Shown here piece by piece: positions 33,111 to 41,229 of a stretch of 64,000 nucleotides of DNA (position 1 is the stretch's first letter; each line of letters opens with the position of its first letter). The DNA is from a virus: IMG/VR virus record IMGVR_UViG_3300045988_165047; one strand, given 5' to 3'. Made by a program: the position numbers and the translations under genes. The notes beneath the pieces were generated by a model. The model did not search any database and was not told the origin of the DNA. It was given only the letters and a program-made list of their open reading frames with translations.

Positions 33111-34067
33111 CTAATAATCCAAATCGGTCTTGCGTGCTCGTACTTCTCGTAGAACCTCCTCTTTCATATCAAGGTACTCATCCCACTCTGTGGTCATAGT
33201 TAGCGAGTACTCAAGGTAGTCCGAGTAGTTGCTGAAAGCACTTTCCCATTCAGATTTTTCTATGCAGTCTCCTGGGTCTTTAGTAGTATAAGGGACAAGA
33301 CGAATCTCGGTGTGATTACGTAATAGCTCATACACAATCTCCGTGGCTCGTCTTCCTGCTAAGTCATTATCAAGGGCGAGATACACCCTTTCAAATTGAG
33401 CGAGTTGTTCTACCTGCCACGGACTAATATCTGCACCCATTAGAGCGCACGCATTATATCCGTGTTGGTAAAGTCTCCACACATCAGACTGACCCTCCAC
33501 AACCACTACGTAAGAGTAAGAGGTGTCCAAATTGTAGAGGTATTCCTTTTTGTTGAACCCTCTGCTATTTCGGACACCTCTCTCTGGGTAGTACCATCTT
33601 CGCTGGTAGCCTAATAGAGTTATGGGGGAATTGAAGTCCTTGTAGTAAGGTATCAATATCTCCCCATCATCAGTAAGCCCCACACGAAAATGTTTTAGTG
33701 TCTCCTTAGAGAAACCTTTCTTGAGAAACTCCTTCGGTAGTTTGTTAATGCTCCAAGAAATATCTAACTCAAACTCCTCCGATTTTTTGGTGTAGTCTCC
33801 AAGGCGAACCATACCGACCGCCTCAAAGTAGTTCACGTCAAATCTTCTTGTCAAAAGGGGAATTAGAGACCCCTTAGCACCACAGCTAAAGCAATGATAA
33901 GCGTTTATGCTGGGTGTAGCAAAGAATGACATCATACCGCTTCCGTCCTCGTGGTTTTCTCTAAATGGGCATTGCATTCTTATCTGCCCATTAGACATCA
34001 AGCGAGGAGAAAGCTCGGAGAAAATCTCTGTCAAGGTTCTCTCCGACTCTTTCCTCTTGGTAGGCAT
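33111..34067 (-). CDS. DnaG-like DNA primase (zinc finger + TOPRIM)
   Basis: Zinc finger 'CPFRENHEDGSGMMSF...YHCFSCGAKG' (CHC2 type). TOPRIM 'VVVVEGQSDVW' and 'LALDNDLAGRRA'. Confidence 0.9.
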   Translation of the reverse strand: MPTKRKESERTLTEIFSELSPRLMSNGQIRMQCPFRENHEDGSGMMSFFATPSINAYHCFSCGAKGSLIPLLTRRFDVNYFEAVGMVRLGDYTKKSEEFELDISWSINKLPKEFLKKGFSKETLKHFRVGLTDDGEILIPYYKDFNSPITLLGYQRRWYYPERGVRNSRGFNKKEYLYNLDTSYSYVVVVEGQSDVWRLYQHGYNACALMGADISPWQVEQLAQFERVYLALDNDLAGRRATEIVYELLRNHTEIRLVPYTTKDPGDCIEKSEWESAFSNYSDYLEYSLTMTTEWDEYLDMKEEVLREVRARKTDLDY

Positions 34068-34069
34068 CG

Positions 34070-34318
34070 TTACTTGTCTCCTTCGTGTTCGGTGCTTTCA
34101 GGCTTTTCGTCCTGTTCGTCATCCTCCTTGGGAGCTTCGGGACCCTGTGCGGAGAACTTAATGCAGTGCATAGTGTGCTGTTTCTCAATAAGCTCTTGGA
34201 TAGCTCTACCGAGAGTTACAGCAGGGGAGAACCCCATAGTCTGTACACTGATACGTGTGGCGAACTTGGTGGCTTCCTCAAAAGCCGACACCTCCATTGT
34301 TAGGTCATACTTGAGCAT
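34070..34318 (-). CDS. hypothetical protein
   Basis: 82-aa ORF with an acidic C-terminus, 2 nt from the primase start. Confidence 0.5.
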   Translation of the reverse strand: MLKYDLTMEVSAFEEATKFATRISVQTMGFSPAVTLGRAIQELIEKQHTMHCIKFSAQGPEAPKEDDEQDEKPESTEHEGDK

Positions 34319-34321
34319 AAT

Positions 34322-34675
34322 CTACTTAGTTTTATCGTTTGACTTCTTGACCTCTGCGGTCATTTTTTCGGTTGCACTAACATTACGTGAAAGCCCTCTA
34401 TACAGAGAAGCTCCCACTTGTTGCATCTTGGGCATAGAGCGTAAGAGTTCTTTAAGACCTCCGACAGCTCTGATTAGATACCCGCTATTTGCTACCACCG
34501 CATTGTACAATCTCAGTAAAGAGAACGTACAGATAGCGAGCAATAACAAGGCTACTCTACAATAGAAGTGGAATAGCTTGCCCTCAAAGTAGGGGAGGAC
34601 CACCCACGTTAGTACTGAAAGGGCAACTGCAACAGCTCCTGCGATAGCCCATTTATAGCTACGACTACTTTCCAT
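34322..34675 (-). CDS. membrane protein
   Basis: 117 aa with two hydrophobic helices ('WAIAGAVAVALSVLTWVVL', 'VALLLLAICTFSLLRL'). It overlaps the upstream ORF by 67 nt, so its start is uncertain. Confidence 0.5.
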   Translation of the reverse strand: MESSRSYKWAIAGAVAVALSVLTWVVLPYFEGKLFHFYCRVALLLLAICTFSLLRLYNAVVANSGYLIRAVGGLKELLRSMPKMQQVGASLYRGLSRNVSATEKMTAEVKKSNDKTK

Positions 34676-35028
34676 AGGTTGTTTCTTGAGTACATATTAT
34701 GTGTCTTAGCGTCTAGCCTATGGTTATCAGCGATAACCTCTGCTATGGGCTTCTTAGCCTTCTCTATCCTATCAAGAAGAGTTTCCACCCAAGTTTCCAC
34801 CGAGCGAGACTTCTTGATAAGTTGGTGTTCCTGCACCGCATTTACCCGAGTTGATAACTCAATTATGCGGTCCATCTTGCCCTTTTCAAAAGAGCCGAGG
34901 ACGAAAAACGAACCATCCACCTCAATCAACCTCTTTGAGTAAAAGGTACAGAGTGAGACAACGCCGTTTATTATCCTCTCAAAGGTGTACTCCGACTTAT
35001 CTTGTCGGACAGAATAGTTAGAACTCAT
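34609..35028 (-). CDS. hypothetical protein
   Basis: 139-aa ORF on the coding strand. No motif. Confidence 0.55.
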   Translation of the reverse strand: MSSNYSVRQDKSEYTFERIINGVVSLCTFYSKRLIEVDGSFFVLGSFEKGKMDRIIELSTRVNAVQEHQLIKKSRSVETWVETLLDRIEKAKKPIAEVIADNHRLDAKTHNMYSRNNLWKVVVAINGLSQELLQLPFQY

Positions 35029-36298
35029 CTAATACCTCCTCAGTTATCTCGGGTTTATGTTTCTCCACGGGCTTCGTTATGGAGTGCACCATATTGGTAA
35101 GGTCGTTCTGGAAGGTAAGCGTTGTTCCTGCTGGAGCACGTCTACCTTTAACCACTTCAAGACCTACCAATTCGTTGTACTTCATATCAGCCGTTTGGAA
35201 CATTCGTATAGCGATGTCCGAATCTTGTACGAACGAACTACCATAAGCAAAGTCATCCTGACCATCAAGAGCGAATTTACTACCCGTTTTACCACTACCT
35301 CTACGGAGCTGTGTGGTGTTTATGATAGGTGTCTTAAAGCTCTTGGCAATTCGTTTCAAGTTTCGTGTGATGTAGGCTATCTTCTCCCACCCTTCGGTTT
35401 GTCGGCTTTCCATAAGGTAGGACCCGTCCAAGAACACTGCGCTCGGTTGGTAGATGCCTAAGAGTGTTGTAAGCTCATCAATAGACTGACAGCTGGGGAC
35501 TATTCTAATCTTGGATGGGGTCTTCTCCAACCCTTCAAGACCAGCATAGTAGCGTTTCTTCTCTCTAGAGGTTAATGAACCTCCGTTGAAACGTTCAAAG
35601 GGTAGGGAGAACCTTATGCAGTCCATCCGCTCCTTGATTTCGTCATCCGACATTTCGTTAGTGACGAACAGAATATCTCCATAGGTTTCACCCGTCTCCT
35701 TCTCCTTAGCAAGGACAACACGTTCCAATTCAAGAGCGAGGAACACGATACACCAAGTTTTACCTTGACCACTCTTACCACCTATGGTGATTAGGTCCTC
35801 CCTTCGGTACCCAAAGAAAACACTATCAAGGTCGTCCTGTCCCATACTAAGGTAGACAACACCGCCTGTTTTCTCTCGGTCCTCATACTCCGTCTTTCGC
35901 TTTTCAGTGTTTTCAGAGTAAAGGGTATCTCGTGACCCCGTAGTGTCACCACTGAGAGAAGATACTAACTCTTGTAAGTCAGAGAGTCTCTTGCGAGGTT
36001 CATCCCTAACGCCCTTTAGAAGTCGGGGAACCTCCTCCGAAATGGTGGCAAAGATGTAACGCTCTTGTAGTTTGGTGAGGTAGTGGGCTGGTTTAGCATC
36101 CACCTCAGAGGAGGACACCTTGAACTCTCTACAAAAGGTTCTTATACCTACGTGTTCACCAAACTCTTTGTAGTAGTCAAGAATAAACTTATGCTGTTTC
36201 AGCTCTACACCATCAAGCCACTTCTTGTTTATCGCAGAGAGTGTGCGACTATCTCTAGTTTTTAAGCACGCTATAAGTAGTTGTTCTCCGATTGTCAT
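35018..36298 (-). CDS. DnaB-like replicative DNA helicase
   Basis: 426 aa with Walker A 'GGKSGQGKTW', a Walker B-like 'AVFLDGSYLM' and the RecA-fold C-terminal domain typical of DnaB-family helicases. Confidence 0.85.
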   Translation of the reverse strand: MTIGEQLLIACLKTRDSRTLSAINKKWLDGVELKQHKFILDYYKEFGEHVGIRTFCREFKVSSSEVDAKPAHYLTKLQERYIFATISEEVPRLLKGVRDEPRKRLSDLQELVSSLSGDTTGSRDTLYSENTEKRKTEYEDREKTGGVVYLSMGQDDLDSVFFGYRREDLITIGGKSGQGKTWCIVFLALELERVVLAKEKETGETYGDILFVTNEMSDDEIKERMDCIRFSLPFERFNGGSLTSREKKRYYAGLEGLEKTPSKIRIVPSCQSIDELTTLLGIYQPSAVFLDGSYLMESRQTEGWEKIAYITRNLKRIAKSFKTPIINTTQLRRGSGKTGSKFALDGQDDFAYGSSFVQDSDIAIRMFQTADMKYNELVGLEVVKGRRAPAGTTLTFQNDLTNMVHSITKPVEKHKPEITEEVLDEF

Positions 36299-36957
36299 AG
36301 TATCTTCTTCTTGTTTCTTTCCTGAATAGCCCTACGATAATCCTTTCCCCGAACGGGAACGGCAACAACCGCCTCTCGGAGAAGTGAAGCAACATCCTCA
36401 GTGAAAACCTTAGTGACGTTCTCGGGTGCAGTATTAGAAGCTATCCATATTGGTAGCTTCATCTGAACTCGGTAGCGAATGATTGACTCTATGGCACGCT
36501 TTACAACGTCTGGAAGGTAATTAGGCTCTCCCTCACGGGAAAGGTCCTTACCAAATTCATCAATACCCAAAAAGTCCACCGCTCTCAGAATATCGTAGAA
36601 CTCCTTACGCTGTTCATCAGAGTACCAGCTAGCAGTAAACTTATCTACTATCTCGTCAAGGGTGTAGTTTTGTACACTATACCCGAGAGAAAGTAGTGCC
36701 TTAAAAGAGCAGTTCAGTAGGTGCGACTTACCCGTCCCATTTGCTCCATAAAGGTACAGCCCTATCCCGTCCTCTTTGTTATCAGTAGCGTTAAGGAGAT
36801 ACTTCTTGACAACCTTGAGAGCTTGTGGGTCGTTTGTGTACTCATTCAGACGCTTATCGTGCCATCCAGATTTGATACCACAGCTGAGTAAGTATTCCGT
36901 CTTAGAAATCTCCTTGCTCATATTCTTCTTCTCGCATATACTCCTTACTACCGCCAT
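36295..36957 (-). CDS. DnaC/IstB-like AAA+ helicase loader
   Basis: Walker A 'YGANGTGKSHLL' and Walker B 'FLGIDEFGKD'. An alternative ATG at 36921 would shorten the 56-nt overlap with the upstream gene. Confidence 0.8.
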   Translation of the reverse strand: MAVVRSICEKKNMSKEISKTEYLLSCGIKSGWHDKRLNEYTNDPQALKVVKKYLLNATDNKEDGIGLYLYGANGTGKSHLLNCSFKALLSLGYSVQNYTLDEIVDKFTASWYSDEQRKEFYDILRAVDFLGIDEFGKDLSREGEPNYLPDVVKRAIESIIRYRVQMKLPIWIASNTAPENVTKVFTEDVASLLREAVVAVPVRGKDYRRAIQERNKKKIL

Positions 36958-37663
36958 TACTCTTTAGACCACGAAGAACCTCGTCCTTCATTGTGGCGAC
37001 ATTGGTAATAGTAGGCAGTCCTTTTTTCCTGTATGTGTCGTAGTTTAGGGTTCCCTCAACTAGTAAACAGAAGGTGGTAGCTCTATCGTACGCCTTAAGC
37101 ATATTGTTGGTCTGAAACGCCTCCACTTTATTGCGCAGGTTATAGACCTCACCACCTGTGTAAACTTCATAGAGGTACCCGTGAACCTCTGTTAGTTCAG
37201 AAGCTGTGATATTGTTGATACCTCTGTCAATGAGTTCCCCTATGCGCTCCTTGATAAAGCGACTACGAGATTTGACCTTTGCAGACTTTGACCTACCGAA
37301 AAGGTCAAGGGCGGTTTTAAGCACCCCTAAGCACTTATCAAGAAGGGAGCACTCACCCTCAAACGGGAAGAACTTCCTACCACGATACTCACCTACGTAG
37401 ATACTATCTTCATCGGTAAATATCAACCCGTCATCGGTTAGTTCCTCTAAAGCTAGACGGACCTTACACCTATTAGGGTTCCTGTGGGCGAAGTCCTCAA
37501 AGGTTTCACATAAAGAGGCTATTGTGTAAGTGGACACCCCATACTTAGTATCGTCCGTCCACTTAGGGGAAACATCGGAGAGGAGAACAACGTATAGGAA
37601 TGTCTTAAAGTCCATAAGGTCCAGAAGGGAAGCACCCTCCTTAACCCTTAGTAAGGCGTTCAT
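36902..37663 (-). CDS. hypothetical protein (possible replication organiser, positional guess)
   Basis: 253-aa ORF directly upstream of the loader-helicase-primase genes. No motif recognised. Confidence 0.55.
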   Translation of the reverse strand: MNALLRVKEGASLLDLMDFKTFLYVVLLSDVSPKWTDDTKYGVSTYTIASLCETFEDFAHRNPNRCKVRLALEELTDDGLIFTDEDSIYVGEYRGRKFFPFEGECSLLDKCLGVLKTALDLFGRSKSAKVKSRSRFIKERIGELIDRGINNITASELTEVHGYLYEVYTGGEVYNLRNKVEAFQTNNMLKAYDRATTFCLLVEGTLNYDTYRKKGLPTITNVATMKDEVLRGLKSNGGSKEYMREEEYEQGDF

Positions 37664-37664
37664 A

Positions 37665-37925
37665 TTACTTGTCCTCTAACAGCTCTTTTACTTGCAGTTC
37701 AAGCTCCTCTGTGGTTATTCTATCAGCGATTTCTATGGTCTTGTTAATAGCGTCCACTTCCTCGGAGGTAGGGTTAATCGGAAGAGTAACCCCAACGGTA
37801 ATCTTGGCACTTTCGTAGTTGCCGAGGTTCTTGGTAAGTGACTTCTCGTAGTAAACCACGCACCCCTTATCTCGGAGTTCGGCAACAACCGCTGGGGAAG
37901 AACTTTTAGATTTGGGCTTAGGCAT
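37665..37925 (-). CDS. hypothetical protein
   Basis: 86-aa ORF on the coding strand. Confidence 0.55.
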   Translation of the reverse strand: MPKPKSKSSSPAVVAELRDKGCVVYYEKSLTKNLGNYESAKITVGVTLPINPTSEEVDAINKTIEIADRITTEELELQVKELLEDK

Positions 37926-38232
37926 ATTTGTTTATCTCTTCGTTAAAGACCCGAGTTATCTCTACAAGAAGCTCGGGGTCTGGTTTTGTATGACGGGGTA
38001 ATCTCGCTATAAGTGGCTTTAACTTTTCAGCAAGAGAAAGGGGGTAGTAGCGGTAGTTCTCTATCTTAAGAAACGCAGGAGGAATTACTCCATTGCGCTC
38101 GTATCTTAGAAGAGTATCTCTGGACTTACCGACAATGTCAGCTAACCCAGAAATGGTAACTACACTTACTACTACCCCCTTAATCTTTACCTTTCGTTGT
38201 TTGCGAGAGTTCCCCTTAGTGGGGGTCTTCAT
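37918..38232 (-). CDS. helix-turn-helix DNA-binding protein (MerR/excisionase-like HTH)
   Basis: 'ISGLADIVGKSRDTLLRYERNGVIPP' is a typical HTH followed by a wing. Confidence 0.6.
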   Translation of the reverse strand: MKTPTKGNSRKQRKVKIKGVVVSVVTISGLADIVGKSRDTLLRYERNGVIPPAFLKIENYRYYPLSLAEKLKPLIARLPRHTKPDPELLVEITRVFNEEINKYA

Positions 38233-38671
38233 CAGAGAAACGTTGTTTTACGTCTACGGAGAAAGCATTGCTAACCTTCTCCTCATATAAGCGTTGGACC
38301 ACCTCATCGGGGAGTTCCCCTCGTAGTATCATTTCTGAAAGGATGTCGTCTCGTACCACCTCAACAGATTCAATGCAGTCCTTAAGACCCATTTCCTTAA
38401 GAATGTCTAAGGCTTCTGGGCGGAGAATAGCAGTGGACCTGCGAGTACGTTTAAGATGAACGTCCTTATCAGCGTAAGGAACTACTACGAGTTTGTGTCC
38501 TTGTGGGGTGTCCATTCCCTCAGCGTCAAGGTACGCTTCTAAAGGCTTTCGTGTTTCCTTAAGGGACTTTTCAATCTCGGAGATTTGTTGCTTCCCTTGG
38601 TAGTACTGAAAACCCTTTAGGGCGATTTCCTCGGCATTCTGAGGGAACTCGGAAGCCTTCTTCTTAGGCAT
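38216..38671 (-). CDS. hypothetical protein
   Basis: 151-aa ORF on the coding strand. No motif. Confidence 0.55.
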   Translation of the reverse strand: MPKKKASEFPQNAEEIALKGFQYYQGKQQISEIEKSLKETRKPLEAYLDAEGMDTPQGHKLVVVPYADKDVHLKRTRRSTAILRPEALDILKEMGLKDCIESVEVVRDDILSEMILRGELPDEVVQRLYEEKVSNAFSVDVKQRFSDEDPH

Positions 38672-38948
38672 TGAGTTCTTCCTTTACGCTGGCAGACTCC
38701 TTGAAGGAGAGAGCCACAGATGCAGGAATTTCAATAGCCTGCTTAGTAAGAGGGTTGAACCCCTTACGTGCGGTACGCTGGCGTGGTGCGAACTTACCGA
38801 GCTGGGGGATGGACACGCTTTCCCCTTCCTTAGCGGCTGTGAGGATAGCAGAGGAGAACCCCTTGAGTACTTCCTTTACGACATTCTGTGATTGACCGCT
38901 TCTCTCAGCGATGAGACGGACAAAGTCCGCATAAGACATCTTATTCAT
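38664..38948 (-). CDS. HU/IHF-family DNA-binding protein
   Basis: 'VSIPQLGKFAPRQRTARKGFNPLTKQAIEIPASVALSFKESASVKE' matches the HU arm consensus (GxF..R.aR.grNP.T...i.i......F). Confidence 0.9.
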   Translation of the reverse strand: MNKMSYADFVRLIAERSGQSQNVVKEVLKGFSSAILTAAKEGESVSIPQLGKFAPRQRTARKGFNPLTKQAIEIPASVALSFKESASVKEELNA

Positions 38949-38973
38949 AACGTTATATAGTTTTTATTAGTAA

Positions 38974-39010
38974 GGGGGAACACCTCAACACGTGGTCTAA
39001 ATGTTCCCCC
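38974..39010 (-). terminator. hairpin between the acidic-protein and HU genes
   Basis: GGGGGAACA-(19 nt)-TGTTCCCCC forms a perfect 9-bp stem, 15 nt after the stop at 39025. Confidence 0.4.
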
Positions 39011-39024
39011 ACACCGACAATCGG

Positions 39025-39951
39025 TTACTTGATTACCTTTACTGCCTGTTCAGCGTCAAGGGCTTCTTCGGTGCCATCATCGTAGGTGATAACTACCTTG
39101 CCCTTCTTGGTGGACTTGACAACGCCCTTGAACCAACCTTCGGGGTCCTCCCACTGAACGGCAACCTTGTCACCCTTCTGGAGGTCTTCGTGGTCTACCT
39201 TCTTACCCTTGGGTTCGGAGGTGTCCTCGTCGTCATCATCGTCTTCGTCATCGTCCTCTTCGTCATCAGACAGCTCACCCCCGTTAAGGAGCGTAGAGAA
39301 CTTTTCTGCGTAGTCATCGAAGTCGCCTTCTTCGTCATCCTCAAACGTGGTGAGGAGTTCGGAGACAGCGTCCTCGTCAGCGTCCTTGTTGAGAGCAAGG
39401 ATAGCCTTCAGTGCCTTCTTGGAGGAGAGCTTTCCTTCGTCAAGTTTTTCAAGGATGCTCTTTACCTCGTCAGAGTAGTCGGTTTCGTCACCTTCTTCGT
39501 CCTCGTCACCTTCTTCATCGTCCCCACCTTCCTGAGCTTCAAGGATAAGGTTACGGAGCTTCTTGTTGGTGTTCTTGCCGTCCGTAGCGTCTGGGTCAAT
39601 GCCCATCTTCTTACAGAGAGCGAGGAGGTCCTTGGTGCTCATTTCACTGAGTTCTTCCTCAGTGTAGAGACCGCCCTCTTCTTCGTTGTCGTCATCGTCG
39701 TCCTCGTCAGCAGGTTCCTGCTTCTTTGCCTTCTTAGAAGGTGCAGGTTCTGGAGCAGGTTCGGACTTCTTCTCCTTCTTAGGTGAGGGAGCTGTTTCCG
39801 TAGGAGTTTCACCCGAGACACCGATACCGAAGTCTGCGATGTTGATTACGGGGAGGAAGACCTTACCATCGTGGTTGATGGCTTCTACTTCTACTCCTGC
39901 GAAGAACTGAGCGATGAGCTGAGTTGTTGGTTTAATCTTTCCGATTGTCAT
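39025..39951 (-). CDS. highly acidic protein with an HeH/SAP-like motif and a C-terminal Tudor/SH3-like barrel
   Basis: 308 aa. It has long D/E runs ('DDEEDDDEDDDDDED'), 'LSEMSTKDLLALCKKMGIDPD...KKLRNLILEAQ' (HeH/Rho-N-like) and the C-terminal 'LQKGDKVAVQWEDPEGWFKGVVKSTKKGKVVITYDDG'. Confidence 0.75.
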   Translation of the reverse strand: MTIGKIKPTTQLIAQFFAGVEVEAINHDGKVFLPVINIADFGIGVSGETPTETAPSPKKEKKSEPAPEPAPSKKAKKQEPADEDDDDDNEEEGGLYTEEELSEMSTKDLLALCKKMGIDPDATDGKNTNKKLRNLILEAQEGGDDEEGDEDEEGDETDYSDEVKSILEKLDEGKLSSKKALKAILALNKDADEDAVSELLTTFEDDEEGDFDDYAEKFSTLLNGGELSDDEEDDDEDDDDDEDTSEPKGKKVDHEDLQKGDKVAVQWEDPEGWFKGVVKSTKKGKVVITYDDGTEEALDAEQAVKVIK

Positions 39952-40019
39952 AGCGATTTACTATTAGTAGTTAATATGATTTGATTTGTACTTACTATGT
40001 TCGTTTGTAAGTTCAAGGG

Positions 40020-40051
40020 TAAATATAATAGGAGTTAATTAAACTTCCAAA
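40020..40051 (-). promoter_or_regulatory. TTTG-N20-TATATTTA promoter-like element (family copy ii)
   Basis: The minus strand reads GATTTGGAAGTTTAATTAACTCCTATTATATTTA. Twenty-one nt (40033-40053) are identical to 41211-41231. It lies about 70 nt upstream of the ATG at 39951. Confidence 0.5.
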
Positions 40052-40069
40052 TCGTTCTGTTAGAGCCGT

Positions 40070-40300
40070 TTACTTTTCGTTTTTGGTTACAACGATATGA
40101 TTAGGCCCGTAGGTAGTAAAGAGTTTAGTACCTGGAGTGATTTCGGTAGTTTCAAACCCCTCGGGTGCACCCTCGTTAAGGAGACGAATTACTCGCTCAT
40201 ACTCGGGGGAGTCCACTTTGATGATAGTACCCTTTGGTGAAACGTAGACCTCTTTGAGTTGTTCGGGGCTACTTTCGTGTGTTAGCTTAACTAGCGTCAT
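40070..40300 (-). CDS. hypothetical protein
   Basis: 76-aa ORF on the coding strand. Confidence 0.55.
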   Translation of the reverse strand: MTLVKLTHESSPEQLKEVYVSPKGTIIKVDSPEYERVIRLLNEGAPEGFETTEITPGTKLFTTYGPNHIVVTKNEK

Positions 40301-40922
40301 ATTTATTGAAGCATTTTATACCCGTGTATGCAAGCACCGCCCAAAACTTTCGGGTGGCTATGTACTCGGTGTTATTCTGATGAGAGTTTGCCTCCAGCTC
40401 AAAGCAGGTAAGTTTGCGTACCTCATTGAAAGTTACCTTCGGCAGTAGTTTGTCCTTGTAGGGACTACGCATTGCTCTGATGAACACCCTAAGCATATCC
40501 AGCCCGTAGAGGAGCGTAGGGATAAAGGGTATCATAAGGAGGTAGGGGAGGGGGTTAAACTCACCCGTCAGCTCAAGGATAAGGCAGAGCACCAAGAGAG
40601 GTAAGCTGATGGTGAGGTGAATATCCCGTTGCTGTCTGATGTGGATGCGCTCGTGATTGAGCATTGGAATTACCCCCTTGCTTGGTAGTGTCGCCTTCAC
40701 GAAGAAGAACGGATAAAACGCCCAAGCGTTATACCACAGCCGTTTTAAGGTCACGGGGAACCCATTTCGGAAACACCCATTAACGATGTTCACAAAGGAG
40801 GACAGCTGTGCAACACGCTTGTATCGGTACTCATTACCGAGGTTGTCTGCGTAGAGTTGTTCCTTCCACTTCGTTTCCCCCTTTCGTAGGAGGTATCTTC
40901 TTTCTCGTCTACTTTCGCTCAT
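40287..40922 (-). CDS. membrane protein with an HExxH motif
   Basis: 'MLNHERIHIRQQRD' (HExxH) is followed by hydrophobic helices. The start is set at the ATG 40920-40922 ('MSESRRERRY'); the Cys-rich 37-aa N-terminal extension in the track looks non-coding. Confidence 0.5.
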   Translation of the reverse strand: MSESRRERRYLLRKGETKWKEQLYADNLGNEYRYKRVAQLSSFVNIVNGCFRNGFPVTLKRLWYNAWAFYPFFFVKATLPSKGVIPMLNHERIHIRQQRDIHLTISLPLLVLCLILELTGEFNPLPYLLMIPFIPTLLYGLDMLRVFIRAMRSPYKDKLLPKVTFNEVRKLTCFELEANSHQNNTEYIATRKFWAVLAYTGIKCFNKYDAS

Positions 40923-41127
40923 AGTCTGTAAGTATTCTCCACAGGGCTTGATAGTGTCCCCACAAAACGATTGAGGTATATAAGCTCCCAAGCAGGAGCA
41001 GGAGATACCACATATTGTCCGTATAGCGTGCAACGCACAAGGGGATAGCCCAAATGATTATGAATTGAATTGCCTTCACGATTTCCATTACCACGGATAT
41101 GAGGGCTATATAGTTTCGCACTTGCAT
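40909..41127 (-). CDS. small membrane protein
   Basis: Two hydrophobic helices. The first ATG is at 41125-41127 ('MQVRNYIALISVV'). The track's GTG start would lie inside the conserved leader element. Confidence 0.5.
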   Translation of the reverse strand: MQVRNYIALISVVMEIVKAIQFIIIWAIPLCVARYTDNMWYLLLLLGSLYTSIVLWGHYQALWRILTDYERK

Positions 41128-41134
41128 AAAGTTC

Positions 41135-41170
41135 GTTTGTTTCAATTCACGCACCCTAGGAAGGGGCGAC
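41135..41170 (-). promoter_or_regulatory. conserved 5' leader element, copy B
   Basis: Plus strand: GTTTGTTTCAATTCACGC + ACCCTAGGAAGGGGCGAC. The first 18 nt are identical to copy A. The second half again folds (CGC+CCC / GGG+GCG with one bulge) even though its sequence differs. Confidence 0.5.
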
Positions 41171-41197
41171 TAAGTTCGTTTATGATTGGAACGGGAG

Positions 41198-41229
41198 TAA
41201 ATATGGGGATAGTTAATTAAACTTCCAAA
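41198..41229 (-). promoter_or_regulatory. TTTG-N20-CATATTTA promoter-like element (family copy iii)
   Basis: The minus strand reads GATTTGGAAGTTTAATTAACTATCCCCATATTTA. It abuts the helicase stop codon and lies upstream of leader copy B. Confidence 0.5.

Noticed and set aside
33951-34565. 204-aa plus-strand ORF spanning the primase start and two small genes.
   Set aside because: It is antisense to the primase zinc-finger region and downstream minus-strand ORFs. It has a low-complexity Ser/Leu composition and no start context.
39190-39760. Trinucleotide-periodic GA(C/A/G)-rich repeats, considered as a tandem-repeat/VNTR or non-coding repeat array.
   Set aside because: The periodicity is exactly codon-phased within a long ORF and translates to Asp/Glu runs. 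It is coding low complexity, not a separate repeat element.
39001-39786. 261-aa plus-strand ORF, the longest plus-strand ORF in the track.
   Set aside because: It is the antisense shadow of the poly-acidic gene. GAx/GAC codon runs read backwards give a stop-free, Val/Leu/Phe-rich low-complexity frame. It has no motif, no promoter box, and lies opposite a better-supported minus-strand gene.
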